Shown here: in pieces, positions 1-15,500 of the stretch | How positions within the stretch are numbered: position 1 is the first letter of the stretch | Layout: each line of letters begins with the position of its first letter | Assembly (NCBI RefSeq): GCF_031769215.1 | Contig: NW_026782022.1 | Location: 62,001-126,000, forward strand | Length of the DNA: 64,000 bases | From: Ylistrum balloti | Lineage: Eukaryota | Direction: 5' to 3' | Program-made: the position numbers and the translations under genes | The notes under the pieces: generated by a model | What the model saw: only the letters and a program-made list of their open reading frames with translations | What the model was told of the DNA's origin: nothing | The model's database searches: none

Positions 1-330
1 ACAACACGGTAATGTCAACAACACAGTAATGTCAACAACATGGTAATGTCAACAACATGGTAATGTCAACAACACAGTAATGTCAACAACATGGTAATGT
101 CATGGTAATGTCAACAACATGATAATGTCAACAACATAACAACATGGTAATGTCAACAACATGGTAATGTCAACAGTAATGTCAACAACATTGTAATGTC
201 AACAACATGGTAATGTCAACAACACGGTAATGTCAACAACACAGTAATGTCAACAACATGGTAATGTCAACAACATAACAACATTGTAATATCAACAACA
301 TGGTAATGTCAACAACACGTTAATGTCAAG
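1..330. repeat. 17-bp minisatellite (GTAATGTCAACAACATG) in an UNC80 intron, truncated by the window edge
   Basis: Direct reading, about 19 copies with variants. Confidence 0.95.
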
Positions 331-500
331 ATTGACAATAAGAAGGAAAGAAGTCCTTAAAAACGAGAGAAAGTTTAATGAAGTTCATTTGCTTTCATAT
401 AAAGGATGTAACAAGTACAAATCTTTAACCCTTCCCACATGTCCTCTCAAAATTTCTTATAGACACCAATGACACAGTGGTGATGATAAGCAGGGGTTAC

Positions 501-3500
501 CTGCAGCAGCAGCCAGTTCCTGGTCTGTCTCCAGCATCAGCTCCCAGGCCACAGGAAGGATGTCTATCAAATTGTCCTCCGTCAAAATAGGAGCTGCCTT
601 GGCCAGAATTCCCATAGGGCATTGTGTCAACTTCTGGACCTGGTCAAAAAGTGAAAATACACGTTTATAAAAATATATGTTAATACTGTTTAACTTGACT
701 TCATTATGTTTTTCCCTTTCATTAATCACATACATTGTTATCTTTGGTGGTTTTCTGTTGAGACTAACCTGAGAAGTGATGTACTTCATGATAGCAGTGT
801 CCTCCTTTACTTCCTTTGGTTTTTCTTCCTTCTTCACTGTGGTAGAGTTCATCTTCAGTTTGCTCATAGACACATCAGTTTTGATTTTTTCCAAGAGTGG
901 TGTACTCTCCCGACGTTTTGTTGGAGAGCTTTGCTGGAAAATGGACTCCTGAAATAAAACAAAATGTACACAACCAAGTTCAACGAATGTAAGTAAATAC
1001 AAATTCTATCTAACATTCATGCACTTGACTATTTTCATAACTTCAAATGATATGAAAACAAAGTGAGTAGAGGCTCACATAGATGTATTCCTCAGCCCCT
1101 CATCTTTCTCTTCTGATCTGAATCTATTGTGGGATTAAGGGGTTCGTGAGATATCTTGTACTTAACCTTTTTATTTTAAAACTGGCCAAGGGCAGTTGAT
1201 CTTTGACTGAGGACTGCCAAAATCCAATCAGGTGTAGATCTTGGTGGGCTGATAATATGGTGTGAATAACTAAATCTGTCCATGGACTCATAAACGCAAG
1301 CTTTTTTTTTTTTTTTTTACAAAAAGTGGTCACTACAATTTAATCAGGAAATTTCTTGTACATAAGTTTATCACAGATAGACACACATACACAAATGGAA
1401 GCATGAATGCACAAATGCACACACAGACAATTATTGCTACCATACTACTACTATTCCCCTCTTACCTAAGAAGGGGTAATAACTACTGCCAAGTCCCTAA
1501 CATTTTAATTGCAAGAAAACATCCTAATAAACTCTCTATAATTTACAAAACACTGAAATATATAAACAGTTACCCACTCAAACTTCAATGTAATGTCCCT
1601 CTTTCAGTTGCCCCTGTCTTAACTACCACCTAATATCAATGTAAACATTTACCTTGTTTTTTAAGTCTCTATATATTACCAATTTCCTTTTGCTTGCTTG
1701 GCAGATGATGCCAAGATATCCTAATTTATTCTACAGTAAAACATAATAAAACATCTGCTGAAATCTCTTCCTTATTTCATTCCTAACTATTAAACTCTAA
1801 GCTCTGGTTTACATGATGTTTCAGTTTACAGACTACTCACTCTTCGCTTGAGCCTCTCCTTCAAAAAGTCTGTATGAAGACCTTGTTTACTTTTGTCAAG
1901 AGTTTCCGGGTCATGCTCTGTAGATAGGTAGACTTTTCGCATTGCAGTCACAAGACGAGAACAGGAGCGTCGTTGTCGTTCATAGCAATTGGGATGACAG
2001 TAGTGTTGATGGGGGCAAATGAAGTTTGACAAATTTGCCAACTGTACCACTACCTGTAAACAAAACACAAATCAATCTGTCATTACATGCAGACATTTCA
2101 ATCAAGAAATTGAAACATATACCAGGTATATGTAAAAGTATTGAATCAGTGTGGTTTATTTATAGTGTTTAGTACTGTCTCTGCCATTCATTTGATAGAA
2201 CATGATTCTTGGAATTGTTTGGCAATTTTGTATACAACAATTGTGTGATCCATAACTAGCCCAAGTATGAGTTGTTCAAATCTCCAGAATCAAAACTTTC
2301 ATTGGAACAAAATGGATGTAGACAATATGATTAATGTATCAAGACACTACTAGGTAAGTGTTATTCCTATAACAAGGTGCCTTTTTTCCATAAATCCTAT
2401 TGTAATTATACCTTTATCCAAGGCATATTCTGACAGAGACTGTAGTCATCTGTCTCCTGGTATTCCGCTCCACTTTCTGCTTCATCACTCAGAACAGATT
2501 CCATGTCATCCACTCCGTCCTCTTCTTGGAATCGTTCACCTCCAGATTGTAGGGACTGGCTGCTGACCTTTCTTCCTTTCACACTGCCAATACGTTTTAA
2601 ACCTAGAAAAGAAAATTATCCTTATTTCTTTTGTCACCAGTGTCATGAAATAATCGATACTTGTGTGACTAAATAAAATTGGTATTAAAATAATCGCAAC
2701 ACCAAATATTTATTCCCAGAATTTTTTAAAAACAGCTTGTAGATGATTCTAGGTACTTACTTCCTTCTGTTTGTCTCATCAGTCGGAAGCTTCGGTTATG
2801 ACGAAAACTGGTGTTATGTGTAGAACCTCGTCTATTGTACCTCAACAACTTTTGTCTCCCCTGAGCAAGTCTTCGACCTACAGTAAACAGCATCAAGACA
2901 CTTTTTCAAAATCAAATATCAGTAATGCCAAATTGGAAACAACATGAAATGGCCATTCATAGAGAGTTTTTGGAACTAGAAAAAATATTGATGTTCAAAT
3001 GGATTTACAAGCCAAGAAAAAATCTGCTTACCCTTGCGTTCGTCCGCTGGTATGTGGGGTGACATGGTTGGGTCCAGTACAGATATTGATGTTGTACTAC
3101 TGTGCAAGGAGTCTGATCGATCAGCATGGCCGAGGACAGCAAAACTTATCTTCCTTTCTCCAACCCCTGGACTCCCTACAGCAACACCTAAAAATCAAAT
3201 AAATGATAAACTATAGAGATTGATCCTTAATCAAAATGTTTTCTTGGAAACTATGTTACACTAACAAACCAGATATAAAATTGTTTGAATTGAACAATTT
3301 ACAAAATACTGGGATGACAAGCTACACTCTCACATGAGTTGAAATGCAGAACAAAATCTACAGGGACTTATTCAAAAAGATGCTTCTTTTCAAAAGTTTA
3401 AATATTGTGAATAATTGTGTAGAAAACACTGTAGTCCACACAGATCTGTTTACCAGATGAAGAATGTGGAATATCAGCCATGTTGGACTCAGAACTTGGG

Positions 3501-6500
3501 GAATGCCCTGGACTGCTGACTATGCTGCTCCATCTCCGTGTTGTCAGATTACGTTCCCAGCATCCTCCTTCTCTTCTAGGACTCCTATTCTTTGGTAAAT
3601 CTCGGAAAGTTTCACGAAGAAATGTCGTTATTTCTTGAAGTACCAAACAGGCTATCATTTTGAGAGCATATGGACAGCTACTGCCAGACTCATTCACTGT
3701 TGCTGTAAAGGAGAAATATTGAATGTTATCATCTGAAATCTCATATCAAAGCAGGTCTACATACCGTCCCTACAGTTACATAAGCTACTTCTCAGTCAGG
3801 GTTTTTCATTAAAGCAAAAATAGAATTACAAACAGTTTGGAAACCAATGTTCTCTACCTTCATCTAAAAAGTCCTCCTCATCATCCATGGTTCTGAGTTC
3901 CCGCTTCCTTGCCTCTGATCTCACATCTCCAATGACATCAAGCTTACTTGCATATTCTTTAGCCAGGATGTACTGCAGCATGGTACCAAGATTCTAAAAC
4001 AGATAACAGAAATAAAGTGTCTGTATCTTCAGTCATCCACCTGAAAGTTCCTTAGCTAAAATCATTGTAAAAAACACAGTATTAAAATGGGTGCTACCTG
4101 TATATCTGTGAAGTTGATAACTTACTTCTGCCCATGCATAGAACATACGTCCAGCTGCTTTCTGTAAAGTCAATGTTCGTCGGTAGCCAGAGGGCTGGCC
4201 TCTGTTTTGTAAAGCAGAAGCTGAGTGACGAAAGCTTGGAAGATTCAGATGCATCCAGTTTGGCCAGTCACCATGGTTGCAGCGATGGATAAAGTGAGCA
4301 CATTCTAACAACAAGGATGCTCTGGCAATCACAGGGGCCTCCTAAAACATCACAGGACAGAGAGAAATATACTAGGAACTTTCTTGTTATCACAGAAGGA
4401 CATGTACTTGAGCTTAGGAACTGATCTGGATAAATATTATCTCAGCATGAATACACCTTGCTGATTACTGTTGTTTTATATCTTCAACACTCATATCTAT
4501 ATTATATACTGGACTTACACTTCACACAATTTGGTTAAACCCTTGTTAACTGAATGTTTACTGACCAGTTCAAGCATGGCAGAGACCAGCGTTGGGTCTG
4601 GTATGGAACCTGGATGACAGCACTCCAACAAGAATGAGAACCTTAGCATTCCTGATTTCACCAGGAAACGATCAACCAGCTTTTTCTCCTTGGTCAGTAT
4701 GGACTCAGATTCTGCATCATCTGCTGCCGTTGATTGATTGGACTTCCAGTCTAGGATAGAGGGAGACAAAGAAAATTTAGATCACAAATTCATAATCGAC
4801 TGTCTACCACTATTCCACTAAATATTAAAAAAAGACCCTCAAATGTGTTATACTGAAATCTAAACCTTTTCTTCTTGCATTTTTTGTATACTTTTCATAA
4901 TTTCACCACATTATGATTCGTCAAAAGTAATCTGTAAGTATGGTAGTAAATGTACAAACTGTTAAATTCACCAAGGTATTTTTGAAGCATTAAAGCAAAA
5001 ATACAAAAAAAAAGACAATATCACCAACCGTACGATCATACAGATGAACATACATATCAGGAAAATTGTGGCAAATGTAATCATACATTTAAAAAGAGCA
5101 CATTAACTCCTTCTGTACTTGTGATGTCAGAGAAAAGTACTTGCATGTGCATGATCTTTTGATTGTCTTGAGATGACCCAATTGTTGACAGTAGCCATTG
5201 TGAAATTTCAATTAAGTACAGAAAGGATTCATCAATTCCATGATAAAGGCAATTAGAGAGCTTCATAAGAAATCACATTGACATTGAACAAATGCTCAAC
5301 ATGGATTTGTGATAATCAAAGTCCAATACAAACACACTGTCTATGGGGAAACTTTGCTTCAGTTTTAAACTTTTGTTTGATTCCCCTCTTTGCCAATATG
5401 GCAAAAATAAAGGTTTTCGCAAAATTTTCATGTTAACACAAATGCATCTCTGTGTAATGAAATCTGTTTAATGTTCAGGTGAAAAAAACCTTTAGTATTT
5501 CCCCATACACAGTATCTAGTACATGTACACAGAATACTAAATTCATACATGTACATGCCAATGCCAAACAGACATCTGCTGCAGTCTGCGACTTGAGAAA
5601 CAGTTGTCATTGTTATATATATATATAAAGACATCTGCAGCAGTCTAGGACTTGACAAATGTCCCCTGTTATACAAACACATCTGTAGCAGTCTTACAAT
5701 TGAGCCACAGATGTCATTTGTTATTATTATATATATAAAGACATCTGCAGCAGTCTTAGAATCGAGCAACAGATGTCATTTAGGTAGTTTGTAAATGCAA
5801 TGCTAAATTAACTTTTCAAATAAATGACATTTTTGTGTTCAGCAAGGCTGTACAATTCCACTAGCCTGCCATTCAGGTCTAGCCAATTTTAGGTTATGAC
5901 TATTGGTAATTTTGAACATTTTTTGGTAGTCTGTACATAGAGTTTAAGCTAGAAGGATTATTCAAACATGATAGAGTGCTAGATTTTCGAAAATGAAATT
6001 GTACATCTCTGCTGGTGATGAAAAAAGTAATACAGAACCTTCAGTCGCCAGGGGAATACCAGTCTCTTAATTAACACTAGGAATCACTAGCTTGAAACGC
6101 TTGAACAAATCTCGTCGGCATACAGAATGCAAATAACCTGAGCACACATATAGGCTTTTGATTATATATAGATACATATAAAAGCAAATCAAATGTTGCA
6201 AAGTTAAAACCTGTTATAGATTTTTATATATGGCAATTTAAATTTAAATATATCCATTTCTTTATGCCAAACAGGCCATACCACCACCTTCAACACTAGT
6301 CTTAATTTCCAAAAAGATAACAAGAGTATAACATCCAATAATGACATGCAATGACCTTTGGCATTTAACTTTAAAAATTACAATAAAACAATACCTGCTA
6401 TTTCAGTAATATTTTTCTTTGTTTTTTGTTTTGTTTTTGTTTTAAATCAGTATTAAATTACAAACACACAATAAAGAAGACAGAAGTACCTGGTAAGCAT

Positions 6501-9500
6501 CCTAGACAAGAGCATGCCAAGTTTAGAGTGTACTCTAGGAGAAGTTGTAAAACATGCCTTTCCTCCATGCTAAATGTATGACATAAATAACTTGGAATCA
6601 ATAGATACAAATAGAATGAGTAACACATGTTTCAGACATAACACCACCTGAAGTTACACCTAAAAGACTGTAATATAGACTTAACACTCAGAACATCACA
6701 TTAGAACTCTGATTGCTCAAGCCAATATCCTGTATATTTTCATGCATATGAAACTGGTACAACACAGTTACTCCTACGTACTATCCACACTGCCTCGTTT
6801 ACTCATCCGTTTGCCAAGACTTTTCAAACCGCCTTCAATCCGTTTCCTGGCACTTAAGAATGTGACTGTAGCATGACTGGCAGTCTTGAAGGACATTTTC
6901 CCTTTACCAGCGACTCGGTTGAACTGTAACTCACTGCGACTTTCCCGGCGGTCAAGAGGTGGTGGGTCACTGAGGGCCTCCTCTTCATGGTCAGACTTGG
7001 TGGCTCGTCTCCAGCCTGTCAACATAGCAACACAAATGATCAATTCTGTAATAATACCAACATAAATGAGGAACTCTGTAAACATTGTAACAGAAATGAT
7101 GAATTATGTTAAATCAGCAACACAAATGATGACTTTAATATAATGAAACATGTATATAACATTTGATAACTTGCTAAGGTTTTTAAAATGCAGTTCTATA
7201 TAGGAATAATGACTGAAAGCTCCATCATGTGCATTTATATCTATAAAAAATAAATTCCTTTTTTTTGAAATCTCCTAAGAACCAGTATTTCATTATTGTG
7301 TCTCTAATTCTTTACCCTGTATTATACTGTGATTTATATAAGAATATTCCATACCAAGGTGGAATTTACTGAAGCGCCGTCTCCCGGTACTGTTGCTGGC
7401 TATGGAGTCATCCTCTGTAGAAGTTGGTGTTGGTGAGTTATGCTTAGCATTGTGGGTTTCATCCAGCAGTTCCGAGTCACTGGCTGCTGCATATTGTTGT
7501 AGAGCAAGGGACTGGAAACAGGCAATATGACAACATTGTTCTTAACGAACATTTCACAATCATAGAAGGAATTCCTTCCTGTTGTTATTCATACCATCAT
7601 GTTTAAGCGGACGACATATCAGTAGTGAAAGGAGATGAAGTTATGAAACAATGCTCTATGAATGACAACTGACAATGCAGAAAAAGATTAGCAAGCTTGA
7701 CCATTGATATCTGTGAAGTAAGATGGCCTACATAGCAACTCGGGCTATGAGCTATAAACCTATCAAGGTATTTCATCACAATCTAAAGAGACTGTGATAT
7801 TTGGCAATATTAATAATTATGATCATTCACTAATGGAGTTATTTATTTAAATGATGATGAAGGTCAATGCTTTTCAAAACACTCTATCAATGTTTTTTTA
7901 TTTTCCCTCTAATGTCCAATACTAAACTTACAAAAGGTTTATTATGTAAAAGATATTAAAAGAAATACAAAAGAAATTGTATGCATGTGATTTCCTGTTA
8001 ATAAATGCAACAGCAAATTTTCATCTCATTTGTGTACTTACTGAAGTAACTTTTTTCAGCTTCTTCTTGAAAAGGGATTTGCGAGTTTTTCCATGATAGT
8101 TCCCAGACTCCTCAGATGCAGCTGATACAGAGCGCCGAGTCTCACGTTCATCACCACTCTCGGATGTCTGTGACGTAGTACGCCTGATCATAATTTTAAC
8201 AAATTATTTATTAGCTTCTGCTTAATACATATTATATTCCTATATATCATGTTAACTATTCATAAAATCTCACTGTGATATAAGAAAAGAGGCACTGTTA
8301 TGTAGTCTGTGCTCTGCCCAGAACTGTGCACACAACGAAGACCAATGATAACTGGTAACTTACATCCCATAAGTGATAGCTATATCGCCTTTTCAGGTAC
8401 TTCAAATCAGTAAGTCATCCAAAATTACTTTTTTGATGATTATCAGAATAATTTAACCTTTGACCCCCCATGACCTTTAAGCTGACAATGCAAGATAAAA
8501 AGAACTAATTATGATATAAAAAAGAAAAGTTTCTGTTTCCCAATTGCTTTGGAGATGTCCTATATGATAATGATATCTTCCGGTAAGTTATCTAAGGAAG
8601 TGGCAGATATTTTAATCCAAGCTTTGCCTGGAAACGATTATAGATATCCCAAGGTATAAAAGGCTTACAACCTGTCAAACTAGTTATCATTTCAACATTG
8701 ACCGCCCAAAGTGAAACTCACCTGTATATTATGTGATTACAGGTATGAATGATCCAAAAAGACTCACCTGAGGACCTTAAAGATGTGTGAAGCTGATCAG
8801 TACTTCTCAGTTATCCAAAGATATATTAAAAAATATAATAAAACTGAATACACAGCAAACTCCCTGCAATCCATCTCATATATCCCGAAACAGATGCACT
8901 AATTCTACATGACCAATTTTACTATGTCACTGAAGCACCTGAAAATGCTGTATAACATATGACTATTATATGTTTATGCTTTCCCAATCATTGTTGTGTA
9001 AATGCATGACCAGTAAAGCACTATCAAAGTGGTGAACTGTAATAGATTGTGTAAAATTTGATTGGTGAACTCTATTTCTGAAGGGAAATAACTGGAAATT
9101 GTAAAGCTTATTATGCAAGAATTTATGTCTGCACTCTGGAAAAACAAGGAAGGGTTTGCTGTAGTTATTCAATTGTAGATATTTTGTGTTTTTTCCTCCA
9201 AAACGCACAGCTCAAGGTGTGTAAATTGTAATGTAAATAAATGTGTATTTCTGTTATTTGCTTAAAGTTGCATCTGTTTACTACAGATGTGTTCAATGTC
9301 CATCTCCAGGTTCTTCAGTTGCTCAGAAGAGCAAAATGGAAACCAGTAAATGTTCTTATGCAATATACCTATTAGTGGGGTTGTGCCATCATCGAAATAG
9401 TTATAACCAATTTGATAGGTAACAGGCCTTTTATACCTTAGAATGCCGGTACATGTTTCCAAGGCTTGGATTAAAATGCCTCCTACTTCCATTGACACAA

Positions 9501-12500
9501 TGACCAGAAGATATTGCTAAGGGAAGCATTTTAGAAAATATATATTTATCTATCTCAACATGGAAATTTTTTTAACTTGCATTGTCAGCCTTAAGAACAT
9601 AAACCTCAGTCACAGATGACACGTCTAAAATAAAATGTTTTACATATCAAAAATCTGTCTAATTTTCACACGGAAACAATCAGAACACTTTGTTACTCAT
9701 TCTGATATCATTATCATAGTTCTTACACCTACATATATGTTAAATGTCAACAACAAATCCTACTATTTATAAAGAAAGTTAACAGCTAAACACTGATATA
9801 ACCTGATTGGTAAAGACTGCTTGAGTTTCTCTTGTTGTTCCTTTTCCTTCTGCTTAAGAGCTTGGTGTGAATCAAGAAGTCCTCCCAGACCAACACGACG
9901 AAATGTTCCACCATGTATCTCCTTTACATAGGCCATAAACTGTCGCACATCGCAAAACAGACCCTGTCAACAGATAATGGATTGTCAGTGAAGTTAAGGA
10001 GGTATGTATGCATGTTGATGAGTGTAGTTTACAGTTTCAGTACCAAACAAATTTTTGTAACTTTATACAACATTATAACATGTTATAAAATATTTAAAAG
10101 CATTTTGACTCTTCAATATGATGACCAGTGATCTCTGAAGGAGTTATTATCTGATATGAGAAATACACTTACAATGTTGTCACTACCATAAAGGTCCCGA
10201 CTGTTCTCTACACAGCGGGATACAAATGACTTGAAGATGGATGCTATGAGGACCCCTTCTACACCGCGGTACCCCACTCCACCTATAGCATGACCAAAGT
10301 TGTTCTGGAAACCATTCTGTTGTGAATCCTGACAGCTATTCTTCTTACTGCCTGCTACAATGAATGAACGAATGAAATAAATGAATGAATTTAATTGATT
10401 GTTTCAACTCAGCTTGCTTAAATTACAGTCAAGCATTCTGTCTATAAGTACTAAGTCTTGGTTAAAAAAAAATTATTTTGTTTGTTTATCTACATAATTA
10501 AATCATACCAGGGACTAGTATAATCCTTCTTTAATATCTTCCAAGTTTACATTTTACAGATGTTAGATAATTTTGATTATAAAAAAAAAAAAACAGAAAA
10601 ATTTGCTGCTTCTTTTCAAATTTAATCATTCAGTTGAAAAGTGTTATCAATTTCATCATTATTCACTGAGAAAACTAGTTAAAACTAGTTCAGAAATTGT
10701 GTAATGAGTAGATATCTTTCAGACTGGACTGTAGTAATTCACCACCAAATCACAACTCACAAATAACCTCCAGATTAATAACAATTATTTACCTTGTGAA
10801 CCAGATCCAGATCTCTCTGCACGCTCACTCTGCTGTAGAATCAAACAGGGCTCAACACAAAACCCAAGAAAGGCATGCAGGAAGTCAACACTGTCTTGTA
10901 ATGGTGACTTTTTAATATTGTCTTTCAAATATGTTTTAAACAATGCTGGATTGACCCTCTGTAATCTCTGCAAGCAGTTTTGACCTTTTAACCTTAGAAG
11001 GTCGCCATGTGACCCCCGAACACCATCGCCACAACCATGGGGGCATCCCAGGGCTTTGAAAATGCTGAAGAAGTCAAAGATACAGCTCTTTCAATGTCAG
11101 AGAATTTGACAAAAATACATGTACATGTATTTCAAACTCTTTCTTCATTTTCTTTTACTTACAATTTAGACTTCTGGATTCAAACATGTTATCATGATTT
11201 ACCAATTATTTCAAATGAAAAATACATAGAAGTGCTGAATAATCATACATGCATGTCTGATTCAAAGTCATTGCATTGTCATTAATATTTCATGTTATGA
11301 TAATTCACAGCAACTAGACTAGGCACTGTAGGCATATACAAAGACATATCTCTCTTCTTGTACTGAATTTTTCTATAAACTATTTTTTTTTTCGTTCTAA
11401 ATGTTCTTTCAATGTCATACAACTGTAAAATACATAAAATACTACTTCTGACCTGAGTATTGTATCCATAGCCAGACTGTGTGCAGTGGAATCTCCCTGT
11501 CCCTCAGCCTCTGTACCTGTACTGGTCTGAGAGGGACTTCCCTCCTTCTCCTCAGCCTCCTGGGGCCGGTCACCCTCAGAGGCTGGAGTGGTGGGTGTCT
11601 TTGGTTGGTTATCCTTTGGTCGCTCTATGATGTCCAGGTCGAGCAGCCAGTTCATGATGTTAAGAAGGACCTCACAAATTCGGTCACTGGTCTGAGTATT
11701 ACTGATAAAGTGGACAGCTTGGAGGATGATCTTGTAGTTGATATGACCATTGTCCTTTATGCAAAATCATTCTCATATCAGATATCTACCATGACTTTTA
11801 GAAAAACTCAGAATTTGAAAATCTTAAAACTATCTACTGGTACAAAGTCCAATAAACAAAAAAAGAATCAGGACAACACTGATATTTACTTTATACCGTT
11901 AAAAGTGTAAAATGGATATTTTCAGTATTATTTTCATTTTAACAAAATATATATATTCAGCATTAAGAGGTGCAAAAATCAAACTAGCACTTTGTACAGA
12001 TTTATGAAGCAATAATCACTGCTTATTATAAATATTAGAAAAAGTTAAAAAGACAACCCATATTGTTATGTAAAATTTTCATATTACCTGGATATAGTGG
12101 ACAGATCCAGGCACTTCATGCACTTCATCTCCTTGATGATAGCTTATATCAGAGTCTGTCATGCTACGAGAGATACCAGATTTCTTTTGTCCATCATCAC
12201 CCATTTCTGTATGGCCTCTGCCATTAGGACTTTTGGGAGAAATTGACTCATAGCTATGCTCTGTAACTGTGATTATAGGTTTAGGCATTGTGTCAAATTT
12301 TTTCTGGCTCATTTCATTGGCAGCTGATTCACCCTGCTGGGAAGAAGCTGAGGATTCATGACTGCTACTGTCGGTTGCAGAATCTTTGTCAAAGCCTTGG
12401 GGATGAAGTTTGGTTTTAGTGTATGTACTACGGTTGCTTTTGTTTCTGTCACTATCAAATGAAGTAATTCCACTGAGTGACAATGGGAATTTCACAGTCT

Positions 12501-15500
12501 TGCCACTGGATGAAGAGTGTTGACTCTTCGAGCCTCGATCTGTGTCTCCGTCTCCTTCTCCAGTGGACATTGTACCACCACTGGATGAATCATCTTTTGT
12601 TCCATGAGGGAAAGGTGAAGTGTGGGCAGAGACTCCAGGAGATTTTGATGTGGCAAACTGCACTCCATGTTTGACAGGTGGAACACCCACTGGGGACAAT
12701 CTAGTATGTTTTGTTCCACTTATCTGTGCAGTTCCAGTATCAATGTGTCTCCGAACACCTCCAAGTCTAAGTCTTTTTGTCTCCCTGTTTCGGAGCTCTT
12801 CAAATGCAGACAGATATGTAGGCCTGTCTGGAGAGAGCTTATCTATTTCTGTTCCACTACGAATTGTTGTCAGTTTGGAGGTGAGTTTGCTGAAACCTTT
12901 GGCAGATGATCCTCTTCTGTCTGCTGACCTGTGTGTTTCAAATGGATTGAAAGGAAACCCACCACTTTTCAGGATCTTAATGTCAGAGAAAGGAAGTGAA
13001 TGGCTCCTTGCTCGATCAACGTTTGTTCTTCGGAACACCTCATCACAAACCTCCATTAATCGCTGCTGTATGTACTTGAGTGCCCAATAAATGCCATCCT
13101 CAGACCAGTACTGACAGAACAGACATCGCAAAACAGCCACATCAAAGTAGCTTGCACTTAGGATATCTGGAGTAGTTGGTCCTTTCACGCCGCTGTTTAC
13201 AGCACTCACTAACCTCTGCTTCACAAAGTCATGGTCTATCAGAGATGGAAGTCTGTGACGAGGATTCATTTTGTCATAAGAAGAAGAACTTTCTCGCCGT
13301 CCACAACTACAACGCCGACTACCATCACCAGCACCACGCACAGACATGACAGTATTACAGTGTTCACAGATTACCTCTATGTTGGCTGATTGAGATTCTC
13401 CTGTGGAGGATGGACAGATGTTTGACATAGTAACTATTGGTGCTCGTGGAGATTGGTATTCTCCAGTACTTGTCTTACGACTTGAATTGTTTTCATCTTC
13501 ACATTCTATACTTCTCTCCATGCATCCAACATTAAGATTCTCTCGGGAAGTCCCTTTCCCCATGTACACTAAACCTGCATTTGTATTAATCTTCAGCAGA
13601 CTTCGCTGTGCCTTTAATACATTCCTCTGTGGTTTGACAGGCGTCGCAAAACAGGGTATATCAGGCTGTCTATAGTCCCAAAGTGGCTGCCACAGTCTCA
13701 GACCATTCTCCAACTTCAAGGTCTGAAAATCTGAGTCCTCCATATAGTCCAGAAGTGGTGCAAATAGGTAAACAAATAGTTGTATCGTGCTGAGAGAGTG
13801 CATTTGTTCAGAAGAACCACTATTTCCAATGGTACGACCTCCATTACGGAGGGGGTCAGACTCTTGATCCTCACATTCTGAAGCAGCATCCAAGATAATC
13901 CAATGAAGAATGTATAGCAGCTTTGTCTCATTAGAACCAAACCTGGCATCTGTGAAAATAAAATTATTTGAAATAGTTGTAACAATTGTTTCACAAACTA
14001 TTTTGGAACCGATTATCATATAATATTATACGTTTAACATTTGTAATTAAACTTGGCAGGGAAAGTGAAAATATTGTGTACAGTTCCTACCTAAATTGGG
14101 AAAGTTTGAAGTCCACACTAACAATGATCTGTATATTGTACTGAAGTATATGAGTTTCCTGAACTGTGTATCCTATCACAAGCTTGGTAGTATTGTATCA
14201 GTCTTACAAATGAGGAGTAATATAACAGTGGTGAACCAAATTCATGATAACTTGTTAACAATTTAGCAACAGGTGATTTTCCTAAGGCCCTGCACTTATT
14301 ATTTCTAAGTCACTTGAAGAAGTTTTTCTCTATACCCCAATATATATTTCATTCTACATTGTAACATGTTGTTTACATTCCATGAAAAATGAAAGATGAA
14401 CTTTTCTTCAGCCAGTAAATATAGAAACAAAACTGAAAATTTACATATTTTTAGTAGTCATTTGGTTGCGAATGATTTTACTTCACTTGAAGATTTGTGC
14501 TAAAAGCAATCACATGACAAGTGCACACATGGATTCATTTATTGACTGACACAAACACACATGTTCACATACTGTATTCCTGGTGATGTGTTTTACTTAA
14601 CATGTGCATATATCTATAATATATACTGTACTGTTGGAAATGTGTTTAACTTAACACATACATGTATCTACATGTATATGGCTAGATACAATTCAAGCAG
14701 ACAGAACTGGAGATATTAAGATAACAGATACTATAACTAAAATAATGAAGTATTTTTACATTTGAGAGAGTTCTGTTCATTGATTGCTGAAATATGTTCA
14801 GCAGAAACAATTCTTTTGTGGATGTAAGGACTTTAATTAAATCAATGTAAATTAACATATACAAATAAGTGTATATTATAGTCACTTCCTTCATTCTTCC
14901 TAACTCTGCTATGGAAAATTTCTCTTTAGTTTACTCTGTATAGCAATTGTACTTGTATATTGCTATTATATGAATTAAAAACTCTGTGCATTGATCTCAG
15001 AGCACGGCTCTTACTCTAAAAATATGCCATAAGTAAAATATTACAGCTAGATATTTCCTACCATTTTAATTTACTATGGAAAATTTCCCATACATTCAAC
15101 TGAATGCTGAATTTATCAGTAAATCAAAAGGACTACAGAGTTCAACCCTCACTGTTCTTAATTAAAACAATGAAAAATTTATTAATTTTAGTAATGAAAA
15201 AATAATATTTCCGTTTCATGTAATTGTTACAGGTACATAATGATTATGAAACAGATAAGAAAAATGCATTAGAACCATTAGATCCATGGATACCTTAAAG
15301 AAGTTTATAACCTTACCTATATTTATGCGCTTACAAGATGTCAGGAGTGTGGAACAGGCATGCATGACATGAGGGAAGGCAGCTTGAATAACCTTCCACC
15401 GTGGGACACTCTGTATTGCAGCACATAGACTTGGGGAACATCCATGTAAAATGTTTTGGACCACCACACGTTCGAATGACTGCAAGGACAGCAAATTAAT

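Noticed and set aside
1079-1720. Two candidate small UNC80 exons (1680-1720 and ~1079-1123)
   Set aside because: Every combination I tried creates an in-frame stop; exon 1841-2053 joins 501-948 cleanly in phase 0.
8768-8815. Possible extra UNC80 microexon with a strong CAG|GTGAGT donor
   Set aside because: Its open frame ends in phase 1, whereas flanking exons 9803 and 8183 already join in phase 2; no convincing acceptor.
8900-9500. Two minus-strand ORFs (78 and 80 aa) in an UNC80 intron, plus a 14-bp inverted repeat (8651/9426)
   Set aside because: No recognisable domain, splice logic or TSD; could be a decayed TE but I cannot support that.
12477-13675. Plus-strand ORFs up to 156 aa opposite UNC80 exon 4 (and 31281-32485 opposite MPEG1)
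   Set aside because: Antisense shadows of real coding exons, with no recognisable motifs.
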